Part shown: one piece after another, positions 60,484-64,000 of the stretch | Numbering within the stretch: the stretch's first letter is position 1 | Layout: the number at the start of each line of letters is the position of its first letter | Assembly (NCBI GenBank): GCA_022774645.1 | Contig: JALFKQ010000003.1 | Span: 1,854-65,853 of the forward strand | Reading direction: 5' to 3' | Source of the DNA: Mycoplasmatota bacterium | Lineage (GTDB): Bacteria; Bacillota_I; Bacilli_A; RF39; UBA660 | DNA length: 64,000 nucleotides | Notes under the pieces: model-generated | Seen by the model: only the letters and a program-made list of their open reading frames with translations | Told to the model about the DNA's origin: nothing | Database searches by the model: none | Position numbers and translations under genes: made by a program

Positions 60484-63036
60484 ATGATTATGAAAAAGAT
60501 ATTAAAAAATAACAAAGAAACAATTTTAACACTTATAGTAGCATTTATTACAATTAATGTAGTATTTATTATTAATAATATTACACCATATGGTACATTT
60601 ACAACATTACAAATTGATTTTTATCACCAATATGGACCAATGCTCAAAGAGTTATGGTATAGAATATTTAATGGAAAATCACTACTCTATTCATTCAGTA
60701 TGTCAATGGGACTTCCTATATATAGAAACTTTTTTAATTATTTATCAAGTCCATTAAATATATTGATTTTACTATTTTCAGAAAAAACAATATTAGCAGG
60801 CCTTTCATTTATAATAATGATAAGAGTTAGTATAACAGCTGCAATATTTAATTACTTTCTAGAAAAAAAGTTTAACAAAAAGAATAAATTATTTATTTCA
60901 CTAAGTTTATTATATGCATTTAGTAATTACTTTGTAGCATATTACTGGAACATAATGTGGATGGATTGTATGGCATTATTACCATTAATTGTGCTTGGAA
61001 TAGAAAATATTGTTAATAAAAATGAGTACTTATTATATATATTCTCATTATCAATAATGATTATATCTAGTTACTTTATGGGATATATGTGTTGTTTATA
61101 TTCAGTTATTTACTTTATATGTTATTTCATTTATAAGTTAGATTTTAAATCATTAAAGAAAAAGAAATATTTAAAAGAAGTATCTAAAAAAGTTCTAATT
61201 TTCACTATATCATCAATAGCAGTTGGATTGTTAATATCATTCTTTGGAATATCACTTTTAAAAGGTCTATCAACAACAAGTGCAACTAATGATGCATGGC
61301 CTTCAAGTCAATATTATAATTTCACATTTATTGATTATATAGTAGGTCATTTATCAGCTATAAAAACAACAGTTCTAAAAACAGATGTTTCAAATGAGCC
61401 TAATGTGTCATGTGGAATTATTGCAGTAGCACTTCTATTATTATTTATATTCAATAATAAAATTAAATTAAAAACAAAAATAACATATATGATAATATTA
61501 GGAATAATAACAACAGCATTCTTTATACCACAATTAGATTTTATATTTCATGCTTTACATGTACCTAATGACCTACCATATAGATATTCATACTTATACT
61601 CATTTACATTAATGATAATTGCTGCTTATAGTATAGAAAATATAAAACAAATAAAACCAATGATTGTAATTGTTGTATATACCCTAATTATGATATTACT
61701 ATTAACATTTAAAATATATGATTTAGAAGTACTAGATAGTGATACTTTATTAACTAATGTGATTCTAATCACAGTATATTTTATATTATATTTAATATAT
61801 TTCTATGATAGAAAAACAATTAAATATATATACTATGGTTTAATTCTTATAGTGTCTATAGAAATGGGATACAATATAAATTACAATTGGAATTTATTAG
61901 ACAATAAAAATGAATTTTATAGTCATTATGATGAAATTAAAGATACAGTTAACAAACTAGATAAGGAAGAAAAAAATAACTTTTATAGACTCGAAAAAAC
62001 ATTTTCAACAACACTTAATGATGGCTCTTGGTACAACTATAATGGAGTAAGTACATTTAGTTCTATGGAGTATGAAAGAATGGCAATACTACAACATAAT
62101 CTTGGTACTGGTGGTAATTTAATAAACAGTTATGAATATTTTCTTAACACACCTATTTACAACCTAATGTTTGATATAAAATATATCTTAGGATATAACT
62201 ATGATATTGATAACTATACTGAGATATATCAAAATGATAAATTTAATACATATAAATTCAACTATAAAACAAATCTATTATATGGAGTTAATAAAGAAAT
62301 AAAAGATATAGAACTAATTCAAAATAACCCAATGTTAAATCAATATAACTTCATTAAATATACTACTGGAGTTGATGATGTATTTAATACTTCAAAAATA
62401 GTAAACAAAAAAACAATAGATTACATTGATGGTATGTCAGTAATTGAATACACAATTAAAAATAGTAATACAAATAATTATTTTTATGATAATTATGGCT
62501 TAGAGTATTATATAATTAATGACATATTATATTATAGAAATGATTATGTTTTAGATTTAGTTGATACTAATTACTATACTGCTTCAGAAAAACACGATGA
62601 AAATATTCTTGTAAACTTCACAAATGAAAATAATACATATAAAATAATTGTTGGTACATATTATGAAGATAATGATATAGATGTTTTCTATCTAAATAAA
62701 AAGCAATTTGAACAAGCACATGATATTTTATTAAAAGATAAAATTAATATTCAAACAAATAAAGAATCGTATATAAAAGCTAAAGCAGAAATTGATGAAG
62801 ACAAAGTAATATATACATCTATACCTTATGATGATGACTTAAAAGTTTATATAGATGGTAAGAAAGTAGATACATATATGATAAATTCTGCATTACTTGG
62901 ATTTGATATTGAAAAAGGAAATCATACAATAGAAATTAAATATCAAAATAATACAATGATTATTGGCTCAGTAATATCTGCAATTACATTATTATCATTA
63001 CTAATTATTCAACACAAAAAAAGATGTAAGAAATAA
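60484..63036 (+). CDS. yfhO: YfhO-family GT-C membrane glycosyltransferase
   Basis: DFYHQY, NYLSSPLN, NIMWMD, PYRYSY and TSIPYD...YIDG motifs. Confidence 0.92.
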   Translation: MIMKKILKNNKETILTLIVAFITINVVFIINNITPYGTFTTLQIDFYHQYGPMLKELWYRIFNGKSLLYSFSMSMGLPIYRNFFNYLSSPLNILILLFSEKTILAGLSFIIMIRVSITAAIFNYFLEKKFNKKNKLFISLSLLYAFSNYFVAYYWNIMWMDCMALLPLIVLGIENIVNKNEYLLYIFSLSIMIISSYFMGYMCCLYSVIYFICYFIYKLDFKSLKKKKYLKEVSKKVLIFTISSIAVGLLISFFGISLLKGLSTTSATNDAWPSSQYYNFTFIDYIVGHLSAIKTTVLKTDVSNEPNVSCGIIAVALLLLFIFNNKIKLKTKITYMIILGIITTAFFIPQLDFIFHALHVPNDLPYRYSYLYSFTLMIIAAYSIENIKQIKPMIVIVVYTLIMILLLTFKIYDLEVLDSDTLLTNVILITVYFILYLIYFYDRKTIKYIYYGLILIVSIEMGYNINYNWNLLDNKNEFYSHYDEIKDTVNKLDKEEKNNFYRLEKTFSTTLNDGSWYNYNGVSTFSSMEYERMAILQHNLGTGGNLINSYEYFLNTPIYNLMFDIKYILGYNYDIDNYTEIYQNDKFNTYKFNYKTNLLYGVNKEIKDIELIQNNPMLNQYNFIKYTTGVDDVFNTSKIVNKKTIDYIDGMSVIEYTIKNSNTNNYFYDNYGLEYYIINDILYYRNDYVLDLVDTNYYTASEKHDENILVNFTNENNTYKIIVGTYYEDNDIDVFYLNKKQFEQAHDILLKDKINIQTNKESYIKAKAEIDEDKVIYTSIPYDDDLKVYIDGKKVDTYMINSALLGFDIEKGNHTIEIKYQNNTMIIGSVISAITLLSLLIIQHKKRCKK

Positions 63037-63049
63037 CTTACATCTTTTT
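63017..63049. terminator. Bidirectional terminator
   Basis: aaaaagatgtaag/cttacatcttttt. Confidence 0.8.
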
Positions 63050-63331
63050 AATATTACTACTACATTCATTTATAATATATTTTGGTCTATTTTTAACTTC
63101 ATTATACATTTGAGCAATGTATTGACCTATTATTCCTAATACAAGTAAAGTTAATCCGAAACCTAAAAGTACAACACACATTAAAGATGAATATCCAGAT
63201 GTAATATGTGACCCATTAAATAATTAATCACAACATAAAAAATATAAATTATAGAAGTCAAACAAAATATAAATCCAATTACAGATGCTAATTTAAGAGG
63301 AATAGTAGAAAAAGATACAATACCATTTTTT
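63038..63331 (-). pseudogene. 3' remnant of a GT2 polyprenol-phosphate glycosyltransferase (GtrB/CsbB/YkoT-like), frameshifted
   Basis: NGIVSFSTIPLKLAS... then, after a frameshift near 63205, TSGYSSLM...GIIGQYIAQMYNEVKNRPKYII*; catalytic N-terminal domain absent. Confidence 0.8.
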
Positions 63332-64000
63332 ATAATAATACTAATATTCATCTTATTTTTTTTAGTGCTATCAACAGTATCAATTGTTATAAAGAACAAA
63401 AATTTTGATTACTATTTATTATTAGTTTTGTCACTAATATTATCAAATTTTTGGGTTTATAATTGTGAAAATATTCACTATATTTTAATATTATTTTTAT
63501 TAAACTATTTAATATATAAATATAAGTTAAAAGATATAAATTTTAAAAAACTAAATAAAAAAATATCACCGAAAATTATAATACTATTTGGTTTAATTTC
63601 TTTAATTGTAATAAGTTCAATAGGTGTTATTAGATATTTAACATTTAATTCATATAACTTTGATCTTGGAATACCATCACAAATGTTTTATTATATGAAA
63701 AAGACAGGATTACCTCTTACAACATGTGAAAGAGATATTCTACTAAGTCATTTTGCAATACATTTTTCTCCTATATATTATTTGATATTACCATTATATT
63801 TTATATTTTCTAGCCCAATTACATTACAAATTTGTAGTGCAATATTAATAGCTAGTGGAATAATACCTATTTATTTATTATGTAAATCTCACAAACTTTC
63901 AAATTTAGTAACAATAATTATTTGTTTTATATACTCTCTTTATACACCTGCGATATGTTCTACATATTATGATTTTCATGAAATAATGTTCTTACTTCCA
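63332..64000 (+). pseudogene. DUF2079-like GT-C membrane protein, apparently 5'-truncated, runs off the window
   Basis: Open frame ...NFDLGIPSQMFYYMKKTGLPLTTCER...SHFAIHFSPIYY...YDFHE; no ATG or RBS before the conserved region. Confidence 0.65.

Noticed and set aside
63181-63399. 72-aa ORF as a real gene
   Set aside because: Chimera of antisense DUF2079 sequence and a frameshifted GT2 remnant

Overview
Very AT-rich chromosomal segment of a sporulating, genome-streamlined member of the Bacilli (Bacillota). The gene repertoire resembles uncultured gut RF39-type Bacilli, which is an inference. It uses genetic code 11 and nearly all genes are on the minus strand. The backbone is B. subtilis-like: der, lexA, rluD-lspA, spoIIGA-sigE ... 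sigG-ylmC, rpmB, murB, rpsD with its leader, hrcA-grpE-dnaK-(pepF)-dnaJ with two CIRCE sites, dnaG-sigA-trmK, yqfC-yqfD-vanZ-ybeY-dgkA-cdd-era-yqzL-recO, ecfA-A'-T-truA, ackA, thiI, iscS, rnj, rpoZ and trmL. Many surface or appendage genes are scattered through it: a sortase-C pilus operon, two type IV prepilins, two SipW/TasA-type signal-peptide proteins, DUF285 and DUF6273 payload domains, a VirB2-like pilin-SGNH fusion, a SAF protein and a mucin-like Cys-repeat protein. The most striking unexplained pattern is an identical 10-mer, AGAATAGAGG. It lies 6-7 nt downstream of a -10 box, so at the predicted +1 and over the RBS, in front of four unlinked appendage transcription units from three different assembly pathways, which suggests a shared regulon. 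Other points: several apparently leaderless genes, small ORFs missing from the ORF track (L28, YqzL, a sigma-G-type 51-aa peptide at the sspA position), a degenerate ECF ATPase pair, a Cys-cluster GrpE, and a decayed glycosylation locus at the right end. No rRNA, tRNA, CRISPR array, transposase or integrase was recognised.
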